Shown piece after piece: positions 30,277 to 39,074 of a stretch of DNA of 64,000 nucleotides. The translations under genes and the position numbers were made by a program. The notes beneath the pieces are model-generated. The model was not told where the DNA came from. It worked only from the letters and a program-made list of their open reading frames with translations, and searched no databases. The DNA is from Candidatus Levyibacteriota bacterium (lineage in GTDB: Bacteria > Patescibacteriota > Microgenomatia > Levybacterales > UBA12049): contig DAHWUP010000002.1 in NCBI GenBank assembly GCA_027334565.1, positions 82,240 to 146,239 on the forward strand, read 5' to 3'. Position 1 is the stretch's first letter; each line of letters opens with the position of its first letter.

Positions 30277-30810
30277 TTATTGTCGTTGGGGACCGCTTCT
30301 TTGCGGAAGAGCGGGTAAATCGTTTAAAATGACACCGTTTTTGTCGGTCAAAATCCCGACGTCGTCAAACCACATTCTGTCCTGACCATTTTGGTCGTCC
30401 GAAAGGTTTAACTCTACAAAGTATAGTTTATCTCCCGTCTCGACCGTGAATTGCTGTTTATGGTCTTCCTGTTCCGTATTGTTAGGGGTAAGTGTAACCA
30501 ACATAGACCCGCCTGAACTTGCTACGGTCGACATTGTCCAGCCGTTTAACGCCGCTTTTACATCTGCCGGCGAAGTACCGTTTACCGGATAAATCAAATA
30601 TGAATGCTGGTTAAGCATCGGGTTATCCTGTAATTTTGTACCCTTAATGCTCGTTAAAGGCTTAGGTGCAGGAGTTAATTTGGTTGATGAAACGCCTTCT
30701 GTGGCAGGAAGAATTACCGATCGCCTACTGTAATGGACCCATAAAAATACCAACCCGACCAGTACCAATACCGCTATCACTCCGGCAACCAAAGAATAAT
30801 TCTTTTTCAT
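30277..30810 (-). CDS. Membrane-anchored extracytoplasmic hypothetical protein
   Basis: N-terminal TM then soluble domain. Confidence 0.75.
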   Translation of the reverse strand: MKKNYSLVAGVIAVLVLVGLVFLWVHYSRRSVILPATEGVSSTKLTPAPKPLTSIKGTKLQDNPMLNQHSYLIYPVNGTSPADVKAALNGWTMSTVASSGGSMLVTLTPNNTEQEDHKQQFTVETGDKLYFVELNLSDDQNGQDRMWFDDVGILTDKNGVILNDLPALPQRSGPQRQ

Positions 30811-31033
30811 AAAAACCTAGAAAAAGTTTACCGTGCCCAGGCAGCAAATACGGTGATTTCGATCACGGGCTTCCTTCTTTTACCACAAATTTTATATATT
30901 CAGCTGGTTTTAAGAAATTTTGTCTATATTCTAGATAATATAAATTTTGTAAAAAATTTTAAAGGATCGCGGCCAGGCAGGAATAAAAACTGTCCGTGAC
31001 CCCAAATCATACCCCATATAACCATAGCGCCTT

Positions 31034-31071
31034 AAAATAAACGCTTCGCCAATCAGAAGCGTTTATTTTTT
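31034..31071. terminator. Bidirectional intrinsic terminator-like hairpin
   Basis: 14-bp perfect inverted repeat aaaataaacgcttc/gaagcgtttatttt with T-tracts on both strands. Confidence 0.75.
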
Positions 31072-31197
31072 GGTGATATGTTGATTAACAAATGTTATAA
31101 AGGTTTATCCGAAGCTATTAAACCTGCACTACCCTTTGTTCGGTTTCGTTGATGACTTTTCCTTGTAACAAAAAAAGTTTTCGCACGGATAATCCAC
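31034..31197 (-). ncRNA. Candidate structured small RNA or attenuator leader
   Basis: Lies between a near-consensus promoter and a terminator; long-range pairing of 31186-31195 with 31102-31111; family not recognised. Confidence 0.35.
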
Positions 31198-31203
31198 AAC
31201 AAA

Positions 31204-31232
31204 AATGTAGTCTTGTCAATAACTTCTGTCAA
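31204..31232 (-). promoter_or_regulatory. Sigma70 promoter TTGACA-17-TACATT
   Basis: -35 at 31227-31232, -10 at 31204-31209 on the minus strand. Confidence 0.6.
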
Positions 31233-31255
31233 GACCGAAATGATATACTACACAA

Positions 31256-31636
31256 ATGAAGATATTGTACTTATTGCGAGGAAAAGTAAAAGAAGGAAAA
31301 AAAAGAGGAAAACGTCTGGGATTTCCCACCGCTAATATTACCTTGCATAAAAAAATTCCCGAAGGAATTTATGCTTCTAAAGTCACGATCGATAAACAGG
31401 ATTATTTGGCGGCTACTTTTATCGGCGCCTCCAAAACATTCAGAGAAACGGAACTTAAATGTGAAAGTTTTATTTTAAATTTCGATAACGAAATCTACGG
31501 TAAATGGATCACGGTTAAGCTAATTAAAAAAGTCCGCAGAAATAAAAAATTCTCTTCGGTTAAGAAACTTATTGATCAAATGGAAGTCGACATATCGAAT
31601 ATCCTGATGTTTTTTTCAAAAACTAAAACAAATTAG
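31256..31636 (+). CDS. Stand-alone riboflavin kinase (RibF C-terminal domain only)
   Basis: G.V..G..RG..LGFPTAN, GIYA, E..ILNF...IYG, R..KKF.S...LI.Q...D. Confidence 0.92.
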   Translation: MKILYLLRGKVKEGKKRGKRLGFPTANITLHKKIPEGIYASKVTIDKQDYLAATFIGASKTFRETELKCESFILNFDNEIYGKWITVKLIKKVRRNKKFSSVKKLIDQMEVDISNILMFFSKTKTN

Positions 31637-32289
31637 TCCTTTCCGTTGTTCCAAAAATCTCCATTGTGTCCTTCGCGGTCCATCGTTTTGTTTTCATATT
31701 GTTGCTCCAGTTGCTTTTGCTTATTGTCGGTTTGGAGAATCACTTTTTCAATTTCAGGTTTATTGTTAAGCGAAGCGCTCTTACTTGCTTCTTCCAAATT
31801 TTGCGCACTTTGTTCGACACTTCTCAGATTTATTTTGTTGTTTTTGTTGAGAGTTTGCTCGTAATCGTTGATCGTTCCTTGTAAATTAGACGAATTGTTC
31901 TGCGCCGAAAGTGCTTTGATTTCTTCGCTCCTTCTTTTGAGCATCTGGCCGCTAAAAGAGGGGTTAACCGCAGATACAATATTTTCAGTCAGTCTTTTTA
32001 CGGGATATAATAAATCGCCGGGTAAACTGTTTTGAGCATCCACTATCGTATAAGAACCCGCGGACAACATCAAAATTATTGCCATAAATGAAAGAATCAG
32101 CCATTTACTATACCTTAAGCCTTCCCCGTGTCCCGGAAAATGCAGTAAAAAGCTGGTCTTAGTAAATTGCGATCTCTCAAACCGGTATAAGTTAGAAATA
32201 TTCTTAGACAACAAACCCAATTCCTCTGCCTCCTTTGCGGAAGCTCCGGATTGTTTTAATTCCTTTATAATGTTTTCTAAATCATTCAT
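31633..32289 (-). CDS. Putative anti-sigma factor (DUF5667-like)
   Basis: TM followed by A..SLPGDLLYPVKR..E and RRSEE; overlaps sigma gene stop. Confidence 0.8.
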   Translation of the reverse strand: MNDLENIIKELKQSGASAKEAEELGLLSKNISNLYRFERSQFTKTSFLLHFPGHGEGLRYSKWLILSFMAIILMLSAGSYTIVDAQNSLPGDLLYPVKRLTENIVSAVNPSFSGQMLKRRSEEIKALSAQNNSSNLQGTINDYEQTLNKNNKINLRSVEQSAQNLEEASKSASLNNKPEIEKVILQTDNKQKQLEQQYENKTMDREGHNGDFWNNGKD

Positions 32290-32788
32290 TGCTTATGATC
32301 TCCTTTAATTTCTTCAACGCACGAAATTGCAATACTCTGACATTTACTTCACTTATCCCTAAAATTTGTCCCGTTTCCCTGGCGGATAATTCATTGACGA
32401 ACCTTAGAATTACCACTTCCTTTAAATTCTTAGATAAATATTGAAGCGCCCGGGTAACCTTTCCGATATTTTCATCCTTCTCCAGCTTTTCGATCAAATT
32501 TTCGTCGTAATGAGGTTCTATGCCCAGCTCCGTCATATCCTCCAAAGAAGTTTTCTTGGTCCTGGAATCTTTTCTAAAATGATCGATCATGACGCTTTTG
32601 GCAACTTTGTATAAGTACGCCTGAATAAAATCGGTGTTTATTTTCTCCCAGTTTTTCCAAACTTTTAGGAACACTTCGCTTGTGATGTCCTCCGCCAAAT
32701 TCGGATCCCGGGTGTTTAAATAAACGTATTTATATATCTTATCCGAGAATTTCAAGTATGTTCTTTCGAATTCTTTTTTTAATTGCAT
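32282..32788 (-). CDS. ECF RNA polymerase sigma factor
   Basis: AEDITSEVFLKVW, LYKVAK...IDHFRK, region 4 LSARETGQILG....V.V...RALKKL. Confidence 0.95.
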   Translation of the reverse strand: MQLKKEFERTYLKFSDKIYKYVYLNTRDPNLAEDITSEVFLKVWKNWEKINTDFIQAYLYKVAKSVMIDHFRKDSRTKKTSLEDMTELGIEPHYDENLIEKLEKDENIGKVTRALQYLSKNLKEVVILRFVNELSARETGQILGISEVNVRVLQFRALKKLKEIISNE

Positions 32789-32815
32789 CGGACATATTCT
32801 ATCACAGCCTAATAT

Positions 32816-32843
32816 TGTAACGATATTTTCGGACTTTCGTTAT
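32816..32843 (+). promoter_or_regulatory. ECF-type promoter TGTAAC-N16-CGTTAT
   Basis: AAC -35 and CGT -10 with 16-nt spacer, ending about 10 nt before ATG 32853. Confidence 0.7.
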
Positions 32844-32852
32844 ATATTGCAT

Positions 32853-33497
32853 ATGAAAAAGATTATTGCATTTTTAGCCATTATTTTAATCTTTGCCCTC
32901 TTGCAAAATAAAAATAATTTACAAGCCTATGCAGACCAGAATATTCATAAGACCTCTATCGATGTGGCCAAAAACGTATTTAACGGTTTTGAAAATGGAA
33001 AAAACAAATACCAAATACGCGTTTTCGGCAACAACTTCATGATAAAAGGACAGATCTCGGCCGCGTCCTCAACGTCAATTACCATTAATTCACAGGTTAT
33101 CTACATAGACCCATCCGTCACCGGAGATGTTAAAGTTGTCGGAAATCCGCAGGTTAATGCATACGCGATCATCTCGGGAATCATTCAGAACTCCGATTAT
33201 TATGCTCAAAGAATAGTAATAAACCAACGGGACAAAAATGAACCGTCAGAAAATGAACAGGGAGAAGAAAACGAAAATGTTACTCCGACCGTCACACCCA
33301 CCGTTATCCCTACGGTTACGCTTACGCCGACTCCGACCCCAATTGCCACCGAAAGCCCAACACTTACACCGACCCCCGTATCCACCCAGAGCGCAAGTAT
33401 CGAAACCAACTTTGGCAATCAGTTCAACCTGCAAAACATCATCAATAATTTTGAAAAGTTTTTTTCTTTCGTCAATAACGGATTTTTCAGATTTTAA
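32853..33497 (+). CDS. Secreted DUF5666-like protein with PT linker
   Basis: Signal peptide; IKGQISA....ITIN...I...T...G.P.V..Y..ISG......YAQRI. Confidence 0.75.
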   Translation: MKKIIAFLAIILIFALLQNKNNLQAYADQNIHKTSIDVAKNVFNGFENGKNKYQIRVFGNNFMIKGQISAASSTSITINSQVIYIDPSVTGDVKVVGNPQVNAYAIISGIIQNSDYYAQRIVINQRDKNEPSENEQGEENENVTPTVTPTVIPTVTLTPTPTPIATESPTLTPTPVSTQSASIETNFGNQFNLQNIINNFEKFFSFVNNGFFRF

Positions 33498-33544
33498 TTC
33501 AGTTTCTTAAACCCCTTAAACAACTAGTGATATAATTCCAAAAT

Positions 33545-34444
33545 ATGAGGACATTCATTTTATTATCGATAGTTATTGCGGTGTTTGTTACGGTCTTGGC
33601 CGCTTTTTCGTCAAACAACCCAAAACTTAAGATCAATAAGACTATCCAAAAGTCGATTGATAATTTTCGTTTCAACCATATCGCAGTAATAGTTATGGAA
33701 AATAAAACCTTTGATGAAATTGCCGGAAACAAAGAGGCGCCTTACATCAACTCGTTAATAGAAAAATACGGATTGGCGGCTAAATATTCCGCCGTAACCC
33801 ACCCCAGTCTTCCCAATTACCTGGCGCTTTTGGGTGGTGACACCTTCGATGTGACCGGTGATTGCGAAAACTGTTTTATTCCGGATGAAAATCTGGTCGA
33901 TCGGCTGGAACAAAGAGGCCTCACTTGGAAAGCATATATGGAGTCCATGCCAAGCCCATGTTATATTGGCAGTAGCGGTCTTTATGCACAAAAGCACGAC
34001 CCGTTCATTTATTTTGATGACATCAGAAATAATCCAAAGCGATGTAGTAAGATCGTCGACTACTCCCAGCTACTTAACGATTTAAAAAGCCGACAAACAG
34101 CTCCCGATTTTATCTGGATCACGCCCAATCTTTGTAATGACATGCATGACTGTCCGGTTTCAACGGGAGATAAATGGTTAAGCGAACAAATTCCTTCGAT
34201 ATTAAACTCCGAGGCTTTTTCAAAAAGCGATTCGCTTATAGTTCTGACTTTCGATGAAGGTAACGATAACGACAATAATGTGGCAACGATATTAATCGGC
34301 AAAAACGTTAAACCCGGCTACCGGTCACAAGTCGCGTACACCCACTATTCCCTGCTTAAAACAATCGAACAAAATTGGGGCCTTGATTATTTGACAACCA
34401 ATGTGGAAAAAAGCCCGGCGATGTTTGAATTTTTCAAAAAATAA
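33545..34444 (+). CDS. Secreted phosphoesterase (acid phosphatase/PLC superfamily)
   Basis: HI.VIVMENK, HPSLPNY, KHDPF, TPNLCNDMHD, TFDE, HYSLLKTIE. Confidence 0.92.
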   Translation: MRTFILLSIVIAVFVTVLAAFSSNNPKLKINKTIQKSIDNFRFNHIAVIVMENKTFDEIAGNKEAPYINSLIEKYGLAAKYSAVTHPSLPNYLALLGGDTFDVTGDCENCFIPDENLVDRLEQRGLTWKAYMESMPSPCYIGSSGLYAQKHDPFIYFDDIRNNPKRCSKIVDYSQLLNDLKSRQTAPDFIWITPNLCNDMHDCPVSTGDKWLSEQIPSILNSEAFSKSDSLIVLTFDEGNDNDNNVATILIGKNVKPGYRSQVAYTHYSLLKTIEQNWGLDYLTTNVEKSPAMFEFFKK

Positions 34445-34463
34445 ACGGCTAAATAACCACCTG

Positions 34464-34883
34464 TTAAGGATTGATACGAACCGTTTGGGCACTGGTTGTG
34501 CCATTTATACCCTGTTCGTAAACCGTCACATTTTGTCCCGGCTTAAGACTGTTTTGATCGACCGTACTAAGTTGCTGGTATTGTGTTAAGGCTGAAAGCG
34601 AAACCGTCCTGATCGTGCCGTTAGGCATTTTGACGGTTATTTGATTTCCCGAAATACCGGTGATTATCCCATTCAACACTCCTCGTTGGAAAATTCTTCT
34701 TGGGAAAACGAAACGATTCGTTCCTCTTAAAAAACCGTATCTTCCCCGCATACCCGGCATATATCCATATCCGTAATAAATCCTATTCAATCTCTCCCTT
34801 TGGACAGAAACTTTAAGAGCAAAAGCAAAAACCATTACCAATACCGCTACGATAATTATACCGATAACTTTTTTTCCGTTCAT
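34464..34883 (-). CDS. Membrane-anchored DUF5666-like protein
   Basis: TM, G/M/Y-rich linker, GIITGISGNQITV...TV.LS..T......L.PGQNVTV. Confidence 0.75.
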   Translation of the reverse strand: MNGKKVIGIIIVAVLVMVFAFALKVSVQRERLNRIYYGYGYMPGMRGRYGFLRGTNRFVFPRRIFQRGVLNGIITGISGNQITVKMPNGTIRTVSLSALTQYQQLSTVDQNSLKPGQNVTVYEQGINGTTSAQTVRINP

Positions 34884-34907
34884 AAGTTAATTTATTATCA
34901 CTGTAAC

Positions 34908-34923
34908 CTGAATAAAAACTGAA
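34908..34923 (-). promoter_or_regulatory. Direct repeat TTCAG-N6-TTCAG, 25 bp upstream of ATG
   Basis: ctgaa at 34908 and 34919. Confidence 0.5.
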
Positions 34924-34936
34924 CAACTCATACAAG

Positions 34937-36394
34937 TTACCAGAGCATCACCCAGAAAGTTTGCATTATCAATACCTGGATGAACTGGATAAAAATAAAG
35001 ATAAGGAAATATTTAGAATTGAATTTTAAATTTTCTGTAAGAAAACGGGCCATGGGGACAACTAAAAAAGGGATAAAAATTAACCAAATCCTTCCCGCCT
35101 CCCCCCTCACCAGCCCCAACGCGTCGACCGTAAATAAAGTAGTCAAAAAAGGTATAAGCATTACTATTTCTTTCGACCGTTTATATTTTATAAAATTGCC
35201 GATTAAATCTTTCAAAAGCAGTATAAAAATGACCGACACGGGAATACCGGCAAACACGAAAAAATCATAAAAATTATAAAATACCCAGGGAAAATATGAT
35301 CTTTGGACCATTCCTTTCGATAAAACAGCGGCGGTAATAGTAAAAAAGTTGGTGTTTAGAAATATTAATAAAAACAATAAAAATGACAGTAGTCCTGCGA
35401 TTAAGGCCAGGTAACTTTCCATTAATTTATTAATAAGTTGCGAGAATTTGTATTTTTGATTTAAGAGCAACAGTAAACATACAAAATAAAATAGTAAAAA
35501 GGGGGCAATGCTCAGAGAAAAAAATAAACCGAATGCAAGAATCAATCCGGACATATACGCAAATTTTAAATTATTTTTCTCTACCGCCAATATAATAAAT
35601 ATTAACGCTAATAAAGGAAATATAGTATAAAACGCGTCCAAGAGCGGAACAAAAAAAATGACGCTTGGAACGGTTGAATAAATCACCGAACTTCTAAACG
35701 CGGTTTTGACGTTAAAAATTATTTTTGTCAAATAGTAAAGCGGGGCCACGGGCAGTGCTACCAGAAAAGGGATAAAAAGCGACGAAAAAACTGCGGTTTC
35801 TTTCTGGTTTTGTAACAATCCTAACCAAATTTTGGCAACCGACGGAGTTGAGGGAGTTAAATGCGCGATAATACCGGAATTTGGAAGATGTTGAAAAATC
35901 ACCTCGAATAGCCAAAATAATACTATTCCACCCGGAGGGTGGCTTTTGGCATGCATGGTAAGTGCCGGAACTATGTCGGCAAAAGTGGATAAATAAGAAA
36001 TTAAATTATGGATTTGCAAGGAAGCCGTAAATTGTCCGTTTGCGCCGGGGCTGATAATTCTTTCGATCAAGACGGATATTCCGCTTCTCGAAAAAAAAAG
36101 GATACTAAAAACAAAAAGGTATAGCCAGACAATCACAAACGAGATCAACGCTTTCTCATGATTTTTGATCTCCTTTTCTTTGGAATCGTATTTATTTATC
36201 AGCCAAAATAACGCTATAAAAAGCAAAAAGGGGGCCCAGACTTTTGGCAAAGATGAGGCGGAAAACTGGTACGGCCATCGCCAATCGGGAGGATAAACTC
36301 CCGGGCCCCTAAGATATGGACTAATGTTGAAAGCGATGGCAAGAAAAAAAACGGCTGCCAAAAGAATAGTGAGCGATAAGACTTTTTTTTGCAT
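34937..36394 (-). CDS. Polytopic membrane protein, probable GT-C (PMT/GT39-like) glycosyltransferase
   Basis: More than 10 TM helices, external loop with HPPG, GEAGRIWL. Confidence 0.65.
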   Translation of the reverse strand: MQKKVLSLTILLAAVFFLAIAFNISPYLRGPGVYPPDWRWPYQFSASSLPKVWAPFLLFIALFWLINKYDSKEKEIKNHEKALISFVIVWLYLFVFSILFFSRSGISVLIERIISPGANGQFTASLQIHNLISYLSTFADIVPALTMHAKSHPPGGIVLFWLFEVIFQHLPNSGIIAHLTPSTPSVAKIWLGLLQNQKETAVFSSLFIPFLVALPVAPLYYLTKIIFNVKTAFRSSVIYSTVPSVIFFVPLLDAFYTIFPLLALIFIILAVEKNNLKFAYMSGLILAFGLFFSLSIAPFLLFYFVCLLLLLNQKYKFSQLINKLMESYLALIAGLLSFLLFLLIFLNTNFFTITAAVLSKGMVQRSYFPWVFYNFYDFFVFAGIPVSVIFILLLKDLIGNFIKYKRSKEIVMLIPFLTTLFTVDALGLVRGEAGRIWLIFIPFLVVPMARFLTENLKFNSKYFLIFIFIQFIQVLIMQTFWVMLW

Positions 36395-36427
36395 TTAAAA
36401 AAATAGCGTAAATAGAAGTTTTAACAC

Positions 36428-37051
36428 TTAGTATCTGTTCTTAAGCATCTTTTTGTTTCTGTGGACCCACCAGTCGCTCTCTTTATCAAAAAACCACCAG
36501 TCGTCGGACTTTGTGCCTAAAATGACCTTGGCTAAATTTTTGGCAACATCGGTTCTTAATCTTTTTACGGCCGAAGGCAGCCAGGACACCGCCCTTTTAT
36601 TACCGATATCGACCTGTTCCTTTAAAGTCAAAAGCCATTCGATATTGTCAGCATCTTTGGCAAGAATTGCTTCTTTGGATTTTCTCTTTTTGTATTCATT
36701 CAAAACGTCAAGTATTTTACCACCAAACTCCAAAGTATCCATCAGCTCTTTGATTGCCGCAAATTCATCCGAAACCGTATATTTCTGATGTACATAATTG
36801 AGGTCGCTAGTCCTGGCTTCAGCAAGGTCATGAAACAGGCACATTTGCAGTACTTTTGATGAATCAACATCCTTCTCCAAGGTTGCCAAAACATAGCCGA
36901 CGTATGCGGTTCTGGTTAAATGTTCTGAAACCGATTGTTGTCCGCTACCCAAGAAAAAGAATGCGCTTCTGGGTGTTTTGGATAATGCACCCACTTCGAA
37001 CAAAAAATTTACCACTGCCTTATTAGGATTGACTTTACCGCCTTTTTTCAT
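36428..37051 (-). CDS. HD-domain 5'-deoxynucleotidase-like protein (YfbR/HD_3)
   Basis: L...PRS, SVSEH, FHDLAEARTSD, KDADNIE; ATG 37051 has TACAAT 6 nt upstream. Confidence 0.9.
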   Translation of the reverse strand: MKKGGKVNPNKAVVNFLFEVGALSKTPRSAFFFLGSGQQSVSEHLTRTAYVGYVLATLEKDVDSSKVLQMCLFHDLAEARTSDLNYVHQKYTVSDEFAAIKELMDTLEFGGKILDVLNEYKKRKSKEAILAKDADNIEWLLTLKEQVDIGNKRAVSWLPSAVKRLRTDVAKNLAKVILGTKSDDWWFFDKESDWWVHRNKKMLKNRY

Positions 37052-37091
37052 AAAGGTATTGTAATCAATTTTCAACGGATGTCAATGAGAC

Positions 37092-38039
37092 TCAAAGAAG
37101 ACTATTGTTTCTCGTAGACTCAAGCTCCACCTGCACATACTTTGCGGATGGCACTTCTTTTTTAACCCTATCCTCGATCTTATCTACCAGCTGCTCAAGT
37201 TCTCTCGTGCCGAGCTTCGCGTTCATGTGAATATATAAGTTCACGAGTAATTTTTCCGTACCGATATGCATCGTCTTAATCCCCAGAACATTTTCCACTT
37301 CATCTATTTCCATCGCAGCACTGATTATCTTATCTTCTGTTTCTTTTGATGCGCTCTTGCCGATCAAAAGGTCCCTGATTCCTAGAATTAACCCAAAAGC
37401 CATTATCGCCAGTACTATCCCGATGACCATCGATCCCAACCCGTCAAATCTCTGATCACCGGTTAAAACATATATCCCCAGCGCTAAGGTTCCCAAAATC
37501 GCCGAACTTGTTCCCATTAAATCCAGCGTGAACGTGGTTTTTGTCTCAACCAGAGAAGATCTAAAGAATATTCTTGCAATATGTCTTGCCGGTCTTCTTC
37601 TTAAAAGTCTTAAAAGGCTAAGCAAAAAAGCATATCCGTTGGTAATAACCGTAATGAACAGCACTACCAAGGCAATATTAACATCATGGATCGGTTTTGG
37701 ATATAGAAACCGGCTCAGTCCGAAGTAAAACGCGAGTGATGAAGTTAAGCTGAACATAATAAGAGCCGCCAAAAGGTTCCAGAAATATACCTCATTTCCG
37801 TAACCGAACGGATGCACTTCATCCGCTTTTTGCGAAGCCCGATAAAATCCGATCATTAAAAAACTTGATGAGATTAAATCCGAAATTCCTTCCAAAAATT
37901 CGGTAATCATTATTACGCTTCCCGATAAAACTGCAACAGAAAGGTTAAGAAGTATGTCCAGCAAATCAACCGTAAACGAGGTGATGATAACTCTTTTCGA
38001 AGTCAAATGCTGGTCTGGTTTAGCGGGATTTACCTCCAT
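37092..38039 (-). CDS. Cation diffusion facilitator transporter
   Basis: SGS..., HPFGYG.E.YFW, DGLGS, C-terminal dimerisation domain. Confidence 0.9.
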   Translation of the reverse strand: MEVNPAKPDQHLTSKRVIITSFTVDLLDILLNLSVAVLSGSVIMITEFLEGISDLISSSFLMIGFYRASQKADEVHPFGYGNEVYFWNLLAALIMFSLTSSLAFYFGLSRFLYPKPIHDVNIALVVLFITVITNGYAFLLSLLRLLRRRPARHIARIFFRSSLVETKTTFTLDLMGTSSAILGTLALGIYVLTGDQRFDGLGSMVIGIVLAIMAFGLILGIRDLLIGKSASKETEDKIISAAMEIDEVENVLGIKTMHIGTEKLLVNLYIHMNAKLGTRELEQLVDKIEDRVKKEVPSAKYVQVELESTRNNSLL

Positions 38040-38078
38040 GATTTTATTATACAAGTTTTAATTTGTTTTTTGAAAAAC

Positions 38079-38954
38079 CTAAAGGCTGACAACTTGGGGA
38101 ATAATCTTTTTTCCGAAAATATCAAGTGGTTTAATTTTTTCGACTCCGCTAATGCTGTAAATAACCTGATCAATCCCCGCTTGCCCAAGCTGCATGCATT
38201 CGTGGATTACCTCATCCGGATTAATATCCTCACCGTCTAAGTGGGAAATAACGGTTTTTTCTATCTCTTCATAATTTCTGCCTACTTCTTCACAATGCTT
38301 TTGTAAAACATCGAGTTTGTGATTTAACTCTTCAATGCCTGCCCTTGCGAACAGATTACAGGCATCGGCATATTGCGCTACCAAACGAAGAGTTTTTTTC
38401 TCACCACCGCCGCCTACCAAAATGGGAGGATGAGGTTTTTGTAAGGCTTGCGGACTATTCAACGGATGTTCCAAATGATAATGTTTGCCTTTAAAAGGCT
38501 TACTATCCCCCGACCACATGCGCTGAAAAATTTGCAGGGTTTCCTCCAATCTTTCGAAGCGTTCCTTAAGCGGAGGAAAATTAAAACCAAGGGCTTTAGA
38601 TTCCTGTTCATTCCATGCCGCACCGATACCCAAAACCGCTCTTCCCCCACTCAAAACATCCAGGGCCGTTACCGCTTTGACCAAGAGAGCGGGATCACGG
38701 TAAATCACACCGGTCACCATAGTCCCCATTTTAACTTTTTTGGTCAAACCGGCGATATAACCTAAAGTCGTATATGCTTCGAGCATCGGCTCTTCGGGAG
38801 CTCCGACATAACCGATTTGAAAGAAATGATCCATCACCCAAACGCTATAAAAACCGTTTTTGTCTGCCGAAACCGCGATGTCCTTAAGCAGTTCTCCGAT
38901 CTTCGCATCCCCCCCGGTCCAGGTAAATTTATTGATTTGAAGGCCAATTTTCAT
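38079..38954 (-). CDS. LLM-class oxidoreductase, F420-dependent Rv1855c-like family
   Basis: WVMDHFFQI, PMLEAYTTL, LDVLSGGR..LGIGAAW, GGGGEKKTLRLVAQYADACN. Confidence 0.9.
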   Translation of the reverse strand: MKIGLQINKFTWTGGDAKIGELLKDIAVSADKNGFYSVWVMDHFFQIGYVGAPEEPMLEAYTTLGYIAGLTKKVKMGTMVTGVIYRDPALLVKAVTALDVLSGGRAVLGIGAAWNEQESKALGFNFPPLKERFERLEETLQIFQRMWSGDSKPFKGKHYHLEHPLNSPQALQKPHPPILVGGGGEKKTLRLVAQYADACNLFARAGIEELNHKLDVLQKHCEEVGRNYEEIEKTVISHLDGEDINPDEVIHECMQLGQAGIDQVIYSISGVEKIKPLDIFGKKIIPQVVSL

Positions 38955-39074
38955 ACCGATATTTTAACAGCAATAAATTTTCGCATAGAATGTTTATTGA
39001 GTCGGTGATAAAATAATATTCACAGATATTATACATAAACATCCTGAAAAATACTTGAAAATAGTTAAAAATTT

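Noticed and set aside
30831-30870. ZTP (pfl) riboswitch suggested by minus-strand GCCTGGGCA
   Set aside because: The upstream GACTGRCG/GTGG..CCAC domain is absent and the downstream gene is unrelated to purine or folate metabolism
31034-31255. FMN, SAM-I or c-di-GMP riboswitch near riboflavin kinase
   Set aside because: Conserved cores (e.g. AGGGTGAAATTCCC for FMN) are not present; kept only as an unknown structured candidate
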